64,000 nt of DNA from the human T2T-CHM13v2.0 reference genome, Homo sapiens, in the NCBI RefSeq assembly GCF_009914755.1, contig NC_060932.1; one strand, given 5' to 3'. This document shows, piece by piece, positions 15,400 through 28,609 of this stretch. The first letter of the stretch is position 1; the number at the start of each line of letters is the position of its first letter. The position numbers were made by a program, and so were the translations under genes. The notes beneath the pieces were generated by a model. The model did not search any database, was not told the origin of the DNA, and worked only from the letters and a program-made list of their open reading frames with translations.

Positions 15400-16369
15400 T
15401 TAAAAAATTGTGTTATGCCCCACCTTTTATGAAAATGATGGACAAAAGGCAAATGAAGAATAACAAACTGTCCATATTTGCTAAGGAGGTGGAAAAAATC
15501 CCAAATGGAATCCCCCTTCTCCTTAATTCTCCCCTAAAAAGACATTAATTAGAAAAAAATAAAGAGAATTTGTGTTTGTTTTACTTCACTGAAATTGAGG
15601 CTTTTTCTAGTCATTTTATAATGAATCTAGACAGTAATGTGAACATGGGTCAAACTCAGAGGTAATCCCTACACTGAAGAAAATGCAAAGTCAAATCCCT
15701 TCAATTATAAGGACATGATGCATATGGGTGAAAAGTGCTGGGTATGAGACTACACTGAGTGATGGGGGCAGTGGTAGGCTGGAGAATGCATGCTCCATCT
15801 AATGGAGGAAACCACCACTTGGCTCCAAGTCTTTGAGCTTTGTTGCAGTCATTTAAGAGTATCTCTGGATACTCAAAATGTCTTAAGAGAATATGGAAAT
15901 CTAGACTCTCATTTACAGCCAACATTTACATCGTTTTAGAACATCACAGGAACCAAGATAGTGGAGACCAAGTAAAACATGCTTGCACACCAAATGGGAC
16001 CACAAGTCTTCAGTTCACAAGCTCTGCTGCATATGCTATATAGCCTCAAAGTTAGCTCACATTTACTTATAAAAAGTCAGTTATAAAAGACTACTTCCTT
16101 TTCTTCCTTACAAATTTAACACAGAAAACTTCTAGATATGTTTAAATAAAATAACTTTTACTAATAAACTGTGGTGTGCTCCTACCCCGCAATTATGAGT
16201 GAGGGAAGGGTATGTTCGAAAGCTATTTAAATAAATAAGTAGATTTTCTTGCCAAATAAGGAATTTTCAAAAGTTTCAGACATTTCTTCAAGTCATCATG
16301 CATGACATTGCTTTTAGTTGCAAATAAAAATAACAACTGAACAAGCAAAATCGGTTTATATGAGAATTT

Positions 16370-17690
16370 AGATTTCTGGCCAAGATGGAGTAACAGGAAG
16401 AGAATTTTCCATCTTGCCCAAGAAAAAATGAAAGCCAACACTCCACCCGAAAACAGAATGTATATTCTTTCCAAGTAAAAACAGAGCATTACCTATATAT
16501 TTCATATTCAGTGACATAAAGAATATGTGTATTCAATTAAAAGAGTCAAATCATTCAAAGTATGTTTCTGATCACACTAGAATTTATATTTTAAATCAGT
16601 AACATAAACATACCTAGAAAATCCCCAAATATTTGAAACCAAATGGCACATTTCCAAAGGTCCACTTAGAAGGTATATTGAGCTAAATAAAAAAAAAAAA
16701 AAAACACAGCCTATCAAAATTTGAGGGATACAGCTAACGCATCAATGAAAAGCAAATAGAATTAAAATACCTATATTAGAAAAGAATGATCTCAAATCAC
16801 TTATTTTAGCTTTGATCATAAGAAACTATAAAAAGAAGGACAAATGAAAACCAAAGTAAGTAGAAGAAAGGAAATCATAAAAACCATAGCAGAACTTAAG
16901 AAAATAGAAAACACAAAAACAATAAAATGATTTCCTTCCAGAAGGCTGAAGAGGAGGGAATACTCACCAACCAACTCAACCTATAATGTCAGACTTAATT
17001 TTGTAACAAAACCAGATAAACACTTTGTAAGAAAACAAAACTAGACCAATATTTCTCAGAGACATAGGTGGAAATTCCTTAATAAAATTTTCTCAAATTA
17101 AGTCCACCATTATATAAAAAAATGTCACCATGACCAAGTTAAGTTTACTCCAGGTATGCAAAGTTTAAGATTCAGATATTAATTTATGTAATATCCTCTA
17201 CTAACAGATTAAAAAAGAAAAAAATACATGACCATCTAAATATAGATGGGAAAACATCTGATGAAATCCCATATCAATCCCTGAAAAAAACTCTCAGCCA
17301 CTAATAACAGAACTTTCTCAATCAGATAAAAGTACCTACAAAAAAACCTGTAGCTCACATCATATTTACTGGTAAAAGATTGAATGCAAAGATGAGGAAA
17401 AAGGTGAAGATGTCAGCTCTCACCACGTTTGTTCAACAGTGTACTAGATATTGTAGTCAGTGTGATAAAGCAACATAAAGAAATAAAATGTTTTAATAAC
17501 TGCATTAAAGCTGTCTTTATTTAGACACATAGATAAGAAAACGTCGGGAGGTTATAGAACATTCATTATATTAACAGTGGTGATTTTGTAGGTATGTACA
17601 TACGTCAAAGCCTATCTGGATATACATCTTTAATAAGAACAGTTTATTGTATGTCAAATATACCTCAGTAAATATGTTTTAAAACTGTCA
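16370..17690 (+). mobile_element. Ancient L1M fragments
   Basis: Degenerate L1-like segments (aaagtatgtttctgatcac, gaagaggagggaatactc, aaaactagaccaatatttctc) and an L1ME-like 3' end gtttattgtatgtcaaatatacctcagtaaa. Confidence 0.7.
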
Positions 17691-17699
17691 TATAAAAGG

Positions 17700-18130
17700 T
17701 AAATGTACTGCCTTGCACAATAAGTCACAAAGTAGAACATCAGTTATATCAGCACTTTAATGTTAAGATCTCTCTGCCTTGACAATTGTAGATTTCTCCT
17801 CTCATTTTCTTAGGATGACTACAATATATCCAGCCATTGTGTTCCTACATAACAAAATCCAAGTGCAAAACAACAATAACACCAAAAACAACAAAATATC
17901 TATTTAAAAGTGAAGATAAATTACTTTCTAGAGAACTTCCCCTCACTTGCAATTGGTCGGAATTTCATGACATGCTTAATCAAGCAAGAATAATGAAAAT
18001 GTATATTGGCTTCAAGTATTTGTTTCACTCTCTAAAATATGTGAACAAAATATCTGAACAAAATCAGAGTTCTAATAACAAGGTAGCCAAGTGTAAATGC
18101 CTTTTGGGAAAGCCCTACGATCAGTGACTG
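17700..18130. mobile_element. Ancient ERVL LTR remnant (LTR33-like)
   Basis: acttcccctcacttgcaattggtcggaatttcatgacatgc...aacaaaatcagagttctaataacaagg. Confidence 0.45.
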
Positions 18131-21100
18131 ACATAGTCATTATGTGGCTATCCAGTTAGGATTATTGAATCAATTCCTTGGTGAGGCTAAAAGAATTCTT
18201 CATTGCTAACAAGAAAATACAATATATGTATTTTTGAAACTGTTGAAGAAAGGGTTGGGGTAGAACAGCTTTTGAAAATTCTTAACGTACTCAAAATTAT
18301 TTTAGTGGGTTATGATGAATTTTAAGTTGCATTTTTATACTCCAAAGATGAATCAGTGTTGATACTTTTTGTATACCCATTCCATTAATTACAATTATGT
18401 GATATTTTTAAATATAAGCATGCATTAACCTGAGGTAAGTGGCACTGGAACTATTGAAAATTCATTTTTGGAATATTTTTGTGCACAGAGTGCATCTATC
18501 AGACCAAAGTCACAGTCAGGACAAACATGAAGTGGGTTAAGAGAATCTGATGAGCATATTTTGAAGAGGATATATAAAACTACAAAAATTTCCTACTGAG
18601 AAAACTTGAAGACAAGGAGATTTGTTGGATGAATTTTTAGAAAACAAGTAAGTTCCAAAAGTGGAAGTTCTGAGAATTACTAACAATAATGATGAATGTA
18701 CTGACAAATCTGAAACTGTTCCCAGATTTTAGTAGAAATCCTGACTAAAAACTGGCAAGTCTGCAATATGGCTCCCATCTCCAACGTCACAAGGGCGGAA
18801 GAATAAAGCTACAAAGTCTCCATAGGCAGAGCCAGGCATTAGTATCTCACCAACTTCTGGAAACAAGGTTCAAGCTCAATACCTCTCTTTTATCTCCTGT
18901 GTGGGACAAAGAGCTGTGAAAATCCAACAACCATCCAGTGACTAGGGTGGGTCTATAAAGACAAATGTCACCAGCTCTTCCCGCATTAACAGGCATGAAA
19001 GTTAAACAGGTCCTCTGGGCTCCTTCTCCATAAAGTAATGAACACTGAGGAATGCAGGTGGAAAACAGGAGTGCACACCACGTGTCTTGTGTTGACTGCT
19101 ATAGCCCAAGCAGTGGGTCTCTTGTCTTTTGTTCTTTTTACTTCTGAAAATATAAACTGCTCTTTTAATTCCAAAAATGATGCTGTTGATTTGGAATGCT
19201 ATGTCTGGCTAACTGCTCTGCTTCTGTATTTCTCTTCATACAGCATTCTGCCTGCTACTTGATTGAGTGCCTAAATTTGCAGAGCACTGTAATTGGCACA
19301 GCAGATCAGACAGCAGGTGGAGGTGGGTGGGTGATACACGGTGTATCTCTCCAGGTAGCTTTAAATAATAAAAAACAATGCTATAAGTTTCTGCTAACAG
19401 AAAGCATTCCACTGAGAACACTGCTTGAATGTCACCAGTTTAGCTTCAGATGGGCCTTGAATGTGAATATGATGAGATGTCTCATGGCTTCCTCTGTCCA
19501 AACAAACATATGTTACTTCTGTGTTTGGCATGATAGAGATTTCCTTTTCAGATTTACTGAGACTTTATCCCTTTCTCTTGAAAAGGAGCTTAAAAGAACC
19601 ATATTTCCAAATTTTAAGATGTTTGCACCCAGATCCATTAAATTAATATGTCCCTCAAAGGAAAGAGTATTTAAACATTTCACGTTGCTTTATAATCACC
19701 ACAGAGCACTCTGAAGTCAACGTGAGGACAGGAGTCAGCAGCTCTTGGCTGATTGACCCTTGAAACCATCTGCCTCTCCACCTTCCCCATGTTGCTATCC
19801 TCAAGACACTTTCTGGTTTCCTGGTCAGAGGGTACAAATTCTTCTTTATATTCCAGTATTCCTCCCACTCAGTCCACATGTTTTCCAAATGTCTTCTGTC
19901 AAATGCAGACATTATTGAAGTGCCTAATCCAGCGGGGTGGGAAAGGGGTCGAGCATCCTAATTCTCATGCCTGGGTAATGGGAGTGAGCACATGACTTCC
20001 ACCCACTGCCTTAATAATAGTCTTTGTGAAGCCCCTCCCCTCAGGCCTTACTCCCACTCTCTCTATCTTGAGTTCACTGCTTCAAAAGAGAAATCTATTT
20101 GTACCTCACTCATTCCTCCTTCCTCCTCTTCAAACATCTTCCCTCCTTCAAATATATCTGTTTGTGATAATGTCCTTAAATCATTCTTTTATTCCCATTT
20201 ATTTTTGAAGGAAGTGCTATATTGTATAACACATGAGTATTTATTACAAAAGAATAAACACTTAAAGAATTCTAAGTACTATGCAAAAAGAAACTTAGCT
20301 GTGTGTGATAAAAATTTAACTTATAACTTATTTGAGAATTCAGTGTTTAATTGGCTGGGACTGGCATTTATTCTCCAGATGGCCCCATCTTCTATGGTCA
20401 CAGCTTATATTTTAAGTGACTATCCACAGAACTTTCAGAGGAATAATCATTAAGCTAGCCCTGCTTCTGTAATTAAAAAAAATAAACAAATAAACAAATG
20501 GAAATAATTATCTCTCTCCTAGGAGATTAAACAATGAAATGTTTCAGTTCCACACATCTTCAGCATTAAATTCATCCTAAAGGAGTGAAATACTATATGT
20601 ATATAAATCTATTGTGGTAATAAAGCTCTGACTACTTATAGAAATTACAATATTATAATTTTTTACAGTAATCCTAACAAGAGAGCAAGAGTAGGTAAGA
20701 ACCCACCATTCATTGTGCATTTGACAATTTCTGTAAAGTCACAGATGATGCTTTTAGTTATTGTTTTTATGAAAACATAGGAAAATAAAAAAAGAAGAAT
20801 CTACTCCTGAAGACGACATACATTTGAAGGCCTACCATGCATTATAAACAATGTTTTACACATATATTACTTATGCATATATGTTATAAATGATATGTAA
20901 AACATATGCTACATACATATTCCATACATTTTACTTATGTTAACCTTATTTAATAAGAAGCTTGAGAGGTATATGACTCACATTTACAGATAGGGCACTG
21001 AGCTCAGTAGGCTTAAGCATCCTACTAAGGGTCACACAACCAGGAGTGGCTGAACTATGCTCTCTGGCCCTGCTATATCTATATATTGTGGAAAAGGTTA

Positions 21101-23463
21101 TGGTTTCCTGAGAAATGTATCTACAGGAGCTCAGTGAAACATATGTTCTGCCAAAGTCATTTCATTAGAATGTTGGCCAAAGCCTGAAGTGATTCAGACT
21201 CTGTGGATGTTGAACAGATTTTAGGTCTCTGCCAAATATAGCTGAGTTAGAAACAAACAAAATAACCACAAACAAAGGAGGAAAAACACTCACGTGTTTT
21301 TAGGGAGTGAAGTACCTTCTAATGGCTCTAAAAATGCGTTCACATGACTAAACATCAGGCTTTTGTAATTATACAAAATATTTACAAAAGTAGCCTCAAT
21401 TCCAAACAAAAGGAGGAACATTGCCATTGCTAGATGCACTTAAATATATTCCAAGATTGTGTTTTTCCTTGTAAAAGAGAAGCTTAGCAGCCTGTGCAGT
21501 ATCCTGGGTGTTTACCCACAATATGTTGGGAAAGGGGTGACTTTAACTACATGTGAATATCTATAAACCATCTTCCCCCAAATAATAAGCAGGAAGCCTG
21601 ATTCAGTATTTTTCTGCCAAATTAGAATGACCATCAATAACAAAATGTCAACTATTACAGAAAAACTCCAAAAGAAAAATGTTATACAACATAGTCACTG
21701 CTGAACCCATAAAGAGGACAACCACAATCAATGCAAAGAGATAATTAAGCATTCTTTTGAATCATCATTAATGACAGAAAACACATCCTAGCTTCATTAG
21801 TAAACCTCAAGATGCAGTGCAACTAATGGAACCCACTGGCAGCCTCAATAATACTCCACTTCTGAGAGCTTTTGTGGCAAAGGGGGCTCCAGTGGAGAGG
21901 AAGGGGGAGAAATGCTTAATCAATTTCCTTTAAAGTTCCTTGCTGCTTATAGAATAATAAATCAATCTTTCATGTGTTGCTTAAGAGTCTAAGACAATGG
22001 AAGCAAAGAGAAAAACATTTTTTCAAAGATGCAGTTGTATTGTTGACTTAAAACAGCAGATTAGTAAAGCAAACTAAACCATTGCACTTTTTTATCAAAT
22101 GCATGAAAATATCAGAGCTAATCAAGTGCCATATTGTCAAGCTCAGTCATATACAATCCTATCCGTACTACATAAGCAATTTTCTTCCTTTCCTCTTATT
22201 TCAAACATTTACTTTGAAGTTAAAAAATGGATAAAATCATTTTGAAGGCTGCTGAATGTATGGGCCTTCTGGCAGAAGGACATTTGTAAAAGGAGAAAAA
22301 GGCATGTGGCACAATGAAGGTAGAATAACTGACTCACAATCTCCTGCCGAGATAGCAGTAAAATAAAGCAAAAGTGGTGCCCATCCAACATGTCATTCCC
22401 ATCAGATAACATGCAATTACCTTGCTAGTCCCAAATCTAGGCTTATTCCTACATACTTTAGAAAAATAAAACTTTTAAATTAAAGTCACAGTAAACTTAG
22501 TTTAGATTAGAAGAGCTTCTATTACATCTCTGGTACATTTCCCTTCTGAATCATCCAAAAAGATGTAAACCTAGTACAAATTCATCTTACATTATGGTCT
22601 TCTTCTGGAAAAGACTTTATGTAAAATAAAACCTGGCATTTAGATTGAAAAATATGACAATCTCAGTATCTCATGAAATATAAATAAGCCCTAACAACAG
22701 GCAGCATATGACAAAACAAAAAGCTTCAGACATAAAGTCAACAGAAGGGTAGGAATTCATCATGGTCACACATTAATTAGTTTTACTAACTTAAATGCTT
22801 CTTTGAAAATATGTATAATCTAGGTCAAAATAGATCTGTCCTATTCACCCATCAAAAAGAGATGTACATCTTCTTGTTTTTTAGTCGTCCATGGATGCAG
22901 ATTTATACATATTTAATGAATAAAAGGCATTGCAAAAGGACTTTATCTAATATATAAAATGTTCTGAAATGCTCAGTATCTAGCAAGGTTACATAGCTCA
23001 GAAATATGATCTGATATTTAGCAAACATAAAACATATGGTCTATGAAATTTCTTCCATAAATTTGGAACAAGAACTTTTAAAGAAAAATAGCTTTAATAA
23101 ACTCTCTAAAGTCACTTTTTATGTGATTCAGAAAATTGTGAAAAATAACCCTAATGCAGCTGACTTCATTTGGTCTCAGAATTAATTTTAAATTAAAGTG
23201 TTTGATCAGTTATGGAATAGGCTCTCATTCAACTTCTCAGTCCCAATTAAAGTTACTTGAATCCAAGCTGATATGAAGCAAAGAATTTACCTTTGGTTTC
23301 AAATTGTATTCAAATACCACTAGATTTAAAACTCATAGTAAAACTTGAATAATTGTATATTAGTTTTCTATTGCTATATTACAAATTCCCACAAATTTAG
23401 TAGATTTTAGCAATATCCACTTCTTATCTCACAGTTTCAGATGACTGGAGCAGTCATGATAGG

Positions 23464-23899
23464 TTTCATGTGCATCCGTGTGAAGAGACCACCAAACAGG
23501 CTTTGTGGGAGCAACATGGCTGTTTTATTTCACCTGGGTGCAGGCGGGCTGAGTCCGAAAAGAGAGTCAGTGAAGGGAGATAAGGGTGGGGCCGTTTTAT
23601 AGGATTTGGGAAGGTAATGGAAAATTACAGTCAAAGGGGGGTTGTTCTCTGGTGGGCAGGGGCGGGGGTCACAAGGTGCTCAGTGGGGGAGCATCTGAGC
23701 CAGGAGAAGGAAATTCACAGGGTTAATCACTCAGTTAAGGTGGGGCAGGAACAAATCACAATGGTGGAATGTCATCAGTTAAGGCGGGGCAGGGCCTTTT
23801 CACTTCTTTTGTGATTCTTCAGTTACTTCAGGCCATCTGGGCGTATATGTGCAAGTCACAGTTGATGTGATGGCTTGGCTTGGGCTCAGAGGCCTGACA
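23464..23899 (-). mobile_element. 3' LTR (LTR7 family, probably LTR7Y)
   Basis: Minus strand TGTCAGGCCTCTGAGCCCAAGCCAAGCC...CATGAAA; AATAAA retained (+ strand tttatt 23524-23529); subfamily from recalled consensus. Confidence 0.93.
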
Positions 23900-25912
23900 T
23901 TCCTGCCTTCTTATATTAATAAGAAAAATGAAACAAAATAGTGTTGAAGTGTTGGGGCAGCGAAAATTTTTGGGGGTGGTATGGAGAGAGAATGGGCAAT
24001 GTTTCTCAGGGCTGCTTCAAGCGGGATTAGGGGCGGTGTGGGAACCTACTGTGGGAGAGATTAAGCTGAAGGAAGATCTTGTGGTAAGGGGTGATATTGT
24101 GGGGTTGTTAGAAGAAACATTTGTCATTTAGAATTATTGGTGATGGCCTGGATACGGTTTTGTATGAATTGAAAAACTAAATGTAATAAGAGAAGGAGAA
24201 AAACAGGTATAAAAGGTCTAAGAATTGGGAGGACCTAGGACATCTGATTAGAGAGTGCCTAAGGAGATTCAGCATAGTCCTGCCAGCAAAGATTATTTAT
24301 TTACTTCAAGAGTTTAGAGTGGGGGTTTGGGGATAGCACCAGGAGATATCAGCTGTGATGGCTTGGAGAAACAGTGTAAACCGGCAGTGTAAACAAGAGC
24401 AGGGCAGGCATGAGTAGTTGAGAATGGTGAATAGGAGTATGACTAGACAAAAGATAGTAGGGATGACAAGTTTTTTTGGGGCACAGTCTAAGTTGGTCTG
24501 GTGTCAAATGAGACTGGGGCCTAATAAAAAGGAGCGTCTGTCTATATAGGAGCTTAAATGGGCTGTACCTTGTAGCATCCTGAGGACAGGCCTGAATTCT
24601 GGGAAGCGAAAGTGGTAAAAGTATTGTCCAGTCCTTTTTAAGTTGGTGGCTGAGCTTGGTGAGGTGTGTTTTTAAAAGACCTTTAGTCCGTTCTACTTTT
24701 CTTGAAGACGGAGGACCGTAAGGGATATAAAGGTTTCACTGAATACTAAGAGCCTGAAAAACTGCTTGGCTGATTTGACTAATAAAGGCTGGTCTGTTAT
24801 CAGACTGTATAGAGGTGGGAAGGCTAAACTGAGGAATTATGTCTGACAGAAGGGAAGAAATGACTGCGGTGGCCTTCTCAGACCCTGTAGGAAAGGCCTT
24901 TACTTATTCAGTGAAAGTGTCTATTTAGACTAAGAGGTATTTTAGTTTCCTGACTTGGGCATGTTGAGTAAAGCTAATTTGCCAGTCCTGGGTGGGGGCA
25001 AATCCTCGAGCTTGATGTGTAGGGAAGGGAGGGGGCCTGAATAATCCCTGAGGAGTAGTAGAATAGCAGATGGAACACTGTGAAGTTATTTCCTTGAGGA
25101 TAGATTTCCAGGATGGAAAGGAAATGAGAGGTTCTGAGAGGCGGGCTAGTGGCTTGTACTATAGCATAGCCTGCTTTTGCTGGTGTGTGGCAATTAGGCC
25201 TGGTGGAACTGCCATCAATAAATCAAGCGTGATCAGGGTGAGGAACAGGAAAGAAGGAAATATGGGGAAATGGGGTGAATATCAGGTGGATCAGAGAGAT
25301 ACAGTCATGGGGGTCAGGTGTGGTATCAGGAATAATGTGAGAGGCCAGATTGAAGTCCGGGCCAGGAACAATGGTAATTGTGGGACTTAAAGAGTGAGTA
25401 CAGCTGAAGGAGCCAGGGAGCAGAAAGTATATGCGTTAGGTATGAGGAAGAAAATAGATTTTGGAAGTTATGAGAAATGTAGAGCGTGAGTTGAGCATAG
25501 TTTGTGATTTTTAGGGCCTCTAACAGTATTAAAGCAGCGGCAGACGCTGCACTCAGACATGAGGGCTAGGCTAAAACAGTAAGGTCAAGTTGTTTGGACA
25601 GAAAGGCTACAGGGTGCGGTCCTGGCTCTTGTGTAAGAATTCTGACCGCACTAACCACGCCTAGGAAGGAAAGGAGTTGTTGTTTTGTAGAAGGTGCTGG
25701 GGTTTGAGAGATCAGTTGGACACAATTGGCAGGGAGAGCACGTGTGTTTTTATGAGAATTATGCCGAGATAGGTAACAGATGAGGAAGAAATTTGGGCTT
25801 GATTGAAGTAATGGGGGCTGTCTGTGAAGCTTTGCAGCAGTACGGCCTAGGTAATTTGCTGAGCTTGATGGGTGTCAGGGTCAGTCCAAGTGAAAGCGAA
25901 GAGAGGCTGGGA

Positions 25913-26263
25913 TTAAGGGTGCAAAGGAATAGTAAAGAAAGCATGTTTGAGACCTAGAACAGAATAATGGGTTGTAGAAGCAGGTATTGAGGATAGGAGA
26001 GTATATGGGTTTGGCATCACGAGGTGGATAGGCAAAACAATTTGGTTGATAAGGCGCAGATTCTGAACTAACTTGTAAGCCTTGTCTGGTTTTAGGACAG
26101 GTAAAATGGGGGAATGGTAGGGAGAGTTTATAGGTTTTAGAAGCCCATGCTGTAGCAGGTGAGTGATAACAGGCTTTAATCCTTTTAAAGCATGTTGTGG
26201 GATGGGGTATTGGCCTTGAGCGGGGTAAGGGTGATTAGGTTTTAATGGGATGGTAATGGGCAT
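25913..26263 (-). pseudogene. HERV-H pol (RT N-terminal) remnant
   Basis: QYPIPQHALKGLKPVI...NSPYHSPILPVLKPD..YKLVQNLRLIN...PNPYTLLS...LKHAFFTIPLHP, a gammaretroviral RT-like sequence with degenerate catalytic residues. Confidence 0.9.
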
Positions 26264-26431
26264 GTGATCGGTTGCCAGGGAAGGAGTAGAGATGTCCTAT
26301 ACTTGTGGGTTAAGGTGGGGGGATATGAGAGGAAGACTCGAAGGAGGCTTTGGGTTGGGGAGAAGGGCGGCAATGAGATGTGGCTGTAATCTAGGAATAG
26401 TCAGGGAAGCAGAGAATTTAGTTAAAGTGTC

Positions 26432-26656
26432 TCAGCCTAATAAGGGAACTGGGCAGGTGGGGATAACTAAAAAGGAGTGCTTAAAAGAGTATTGTCTAAG
26501 TTGGCACCAGAGTTGGGGAGTTTTAAGAGGTTTAGAAGCCTGGCTGTCAATACCCACAACAGTTATGGAGGCAAGGGAAACAGGCCCTTGAAAAGAAGGT
26601 AACGTGGAGTGGGTAGCCTCTGTATTGATTAAGAAGGGGATGGGCTTACCTTCCAC
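26432..26656 (-). pseudogene. HERV-H protease remnant
   Basis: PFLINTEATHSTL (D-T-G motif altered to N-T-E)...PTCPVPLLG. Confidence 0.85.
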
Positions 26657-26834
26657 TGCGAGAGTTACCCGAAGCTCGGCATCCGTGATGGTCGGGGGCT
26701 TCTGAGGCGATCGGGCAGTGTCAGTCTTCAGCCGTTAAGCTGAGAAGATCTGGGACGGAGTCAGTCAGAGAGCCTTGGGCCAGAGTTCCAGGGGCTCTGG
26801 GAGTGGCTGCCAGGTGAGTTGAACAGTCCGATTT

Positions 26835-27125
26835 TCAGTGGGGTCCCACACAGATGGGACGTGGCTTAGGAGGAATCCTGGGCTGCGGGCATTCCTTGGC
26901 CCAGTGGCCAGATTTCCAGCACGTGTAGCAAGCTCCTGGGGGAGGAGGTTCTGGAGGAACGCCTGGCTGCTGCGGTTCAGGCATTTGGAAGTTCTTGTGT
27001 GCTGGAGATGTGGCTGGGGTTTGTCTCGCAGTGGAGGCAAGGAATTGCAACTTTTTTCTGTTATTGTACACCTTGAAGGTGAGGTTAATTAAGTCCTGTT
27101 GTGGGGTTTGAGGGCCAGATTCCAA
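26835..27125 (-). pseudogene. HERV-H gag C-terminal/nucleocapsid remnant
   Basis: CCHC zinc knuckle CYTCWKSGHWAKEC followed by P-C..C.GPH. Confidence 0.9.
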
Positions 27126-28009
27126 TTTTTGGAGTTTAATTTAATGTTGGGAGCAGATTGGGTAATAAAATGTATATTGAGAATAAAGATGGCCTTTTGA
27201 CCTTTTAGGGTCTAGGACTGTAAAGCGTCTCAGGGTTGCTGCCAAACGAGCCAGGAACTGGGCTGGATTTTTATATTTGATGAAAAAGAGCCTAAACGCT
27301 TCTGATTTGGGATAAAGAAAAAGGAGCATTAACCTTGACTATGCCTTTGGCTCCAACCACCTTTTTAAGAGTAAATTGCTGTGCAGGTGGGGGAGGGCTA
27401 GTCACGGAACGAAACTGTAAGCCGGACCAGGTGTGAGGAGGGGAGGTGATAAAAGGATTATAGGGTGGAGGAGCAGAGGCTGAGGAAGAATTGGGACCTA
27501 GCTCGGCCTGGCGAGGAGGGGAGAGGTCAGATGGGTCTGTAGAAAAGGAAGATTAGAAAGACTCAGCGACGCTTGGGGTTGGGACTGGGGGGACAGGCGG
27601 GAGGGAAAGAAGGAAGATTTGGGACGAGTTGCATTGGGCACAGAGACTAGGAAGGGACCGATGTGTAAAAGAATGCCTGGACGTCAGGCACCTCGGACCG
27701 TTTGCCTATTTTACGACAAGAATTATTTAGATTTTGCAGGATGGAAAAATTCACAGTGCCATTTTCTGGCTATTTGGAACTACTGTCGAGTTTGTATTGG
27801 GGTCAAGCGGCATTGCAGAAGAAAATAAGGCATTTAGGTTTTAGGTCAGGTGTGAGTTGAAGAGGTTTTAAGTTTTTGAGAACACAGGCTAAGGGAGAAG
27901 AAGGAGGAATGGAAGGTGGGAGCTTACCCATAGTGAAGGAGGCAAGCCCAGAGAAAAGAGTAGAGACACGGAGAAGGGGTGGGGGGTTCTTGCCCTCCAG
28001 AAAAGCAGA

Positions 28010-28130
28010 GAAGGGGTTGACGCAAGGAAATAAGGGATCGGGGCACAGAGATAAGAGGTCAGGGTGCGGAAATAAGGGATTGGGGCGCAGAGATAAGAGG
28101 TTGGGGTGTGGAAATAAGCGATTTGGGGGG
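28010..28130. repeat. ~42-bp tandem repeat (~2.5-3 copies) in the HERV-H pre-gag leader
   Basis: ggaaataagggat.ggggc.cagagataagagg...gggtg repeated at ~28026, 28068 and 28110. Confidence 0.8.
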
Positions 28131-28589
28131 TTCTTGCCCCCTAGGAAAGCGGGACTTGCCGCTAAGGGTGAAGGACCAAGGCAGGCGTCCCTGCGTGGTC
28201 TGACACCTTTGAAACGTGGGTGAATAATCAGAGAGGTGTCCCTGGAATTATCAAACACCAAGGGAAGGCTGCCTTCCCAGTCCGTGACCAGAGCCTGAGT
28301 TTTGGGTCCACGGATAAAACGTGTCTCCTTTGTCTCTACCAAAGGAATTGAAAGGAATTGAAATTAAGAGGAGAGATTGAAGTGTGGCGCCAAGATTGAA
28401 AGGAGAAAGAGGTTGAGGGATAGTGAGGGAGGTTGGAGAAGAGAGAAAAAAGAGGCCGCTTACCGGATTTGAAATTGGTGAGATGTTTCTTGGGCTGGTC
28501 AGTCTGAGGACCTGAGGTCATAGGTGGATCTTTCTCACGGAGCAAAGGACAAGAAGACAGGGGATTGATCTCCCAAGGGAGGTCCCCCG

Positions 28590-28607
28590 ATTCGAGTCAC
28601 GGCACCA
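28590..28607 (-). other. Primer-binding site complementary to tRNA-His 3' end
   Basis: Minus strand TGGTGCCGTGACTCGAAT directly after the 5' LTR (one mismatch to the recalled TGGTGCCGTGACTCGGAT). Confidence 0.92.
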
Positions 28608-28609
28608 AA

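Noticed and set aside
19196-20453. 172-aa and 153-aa ORFs in non-repeat DNA
   Set aside because: No recognisable domain, composition typical of AT-rich non-coding DNA, and no supporting exon structure
25759-27329. Replication-competent retrovirus
   Set aside because: gag/pro/pol are fragmented, the protease DTG is lost, and env is largely deleted (5.6 kb total)
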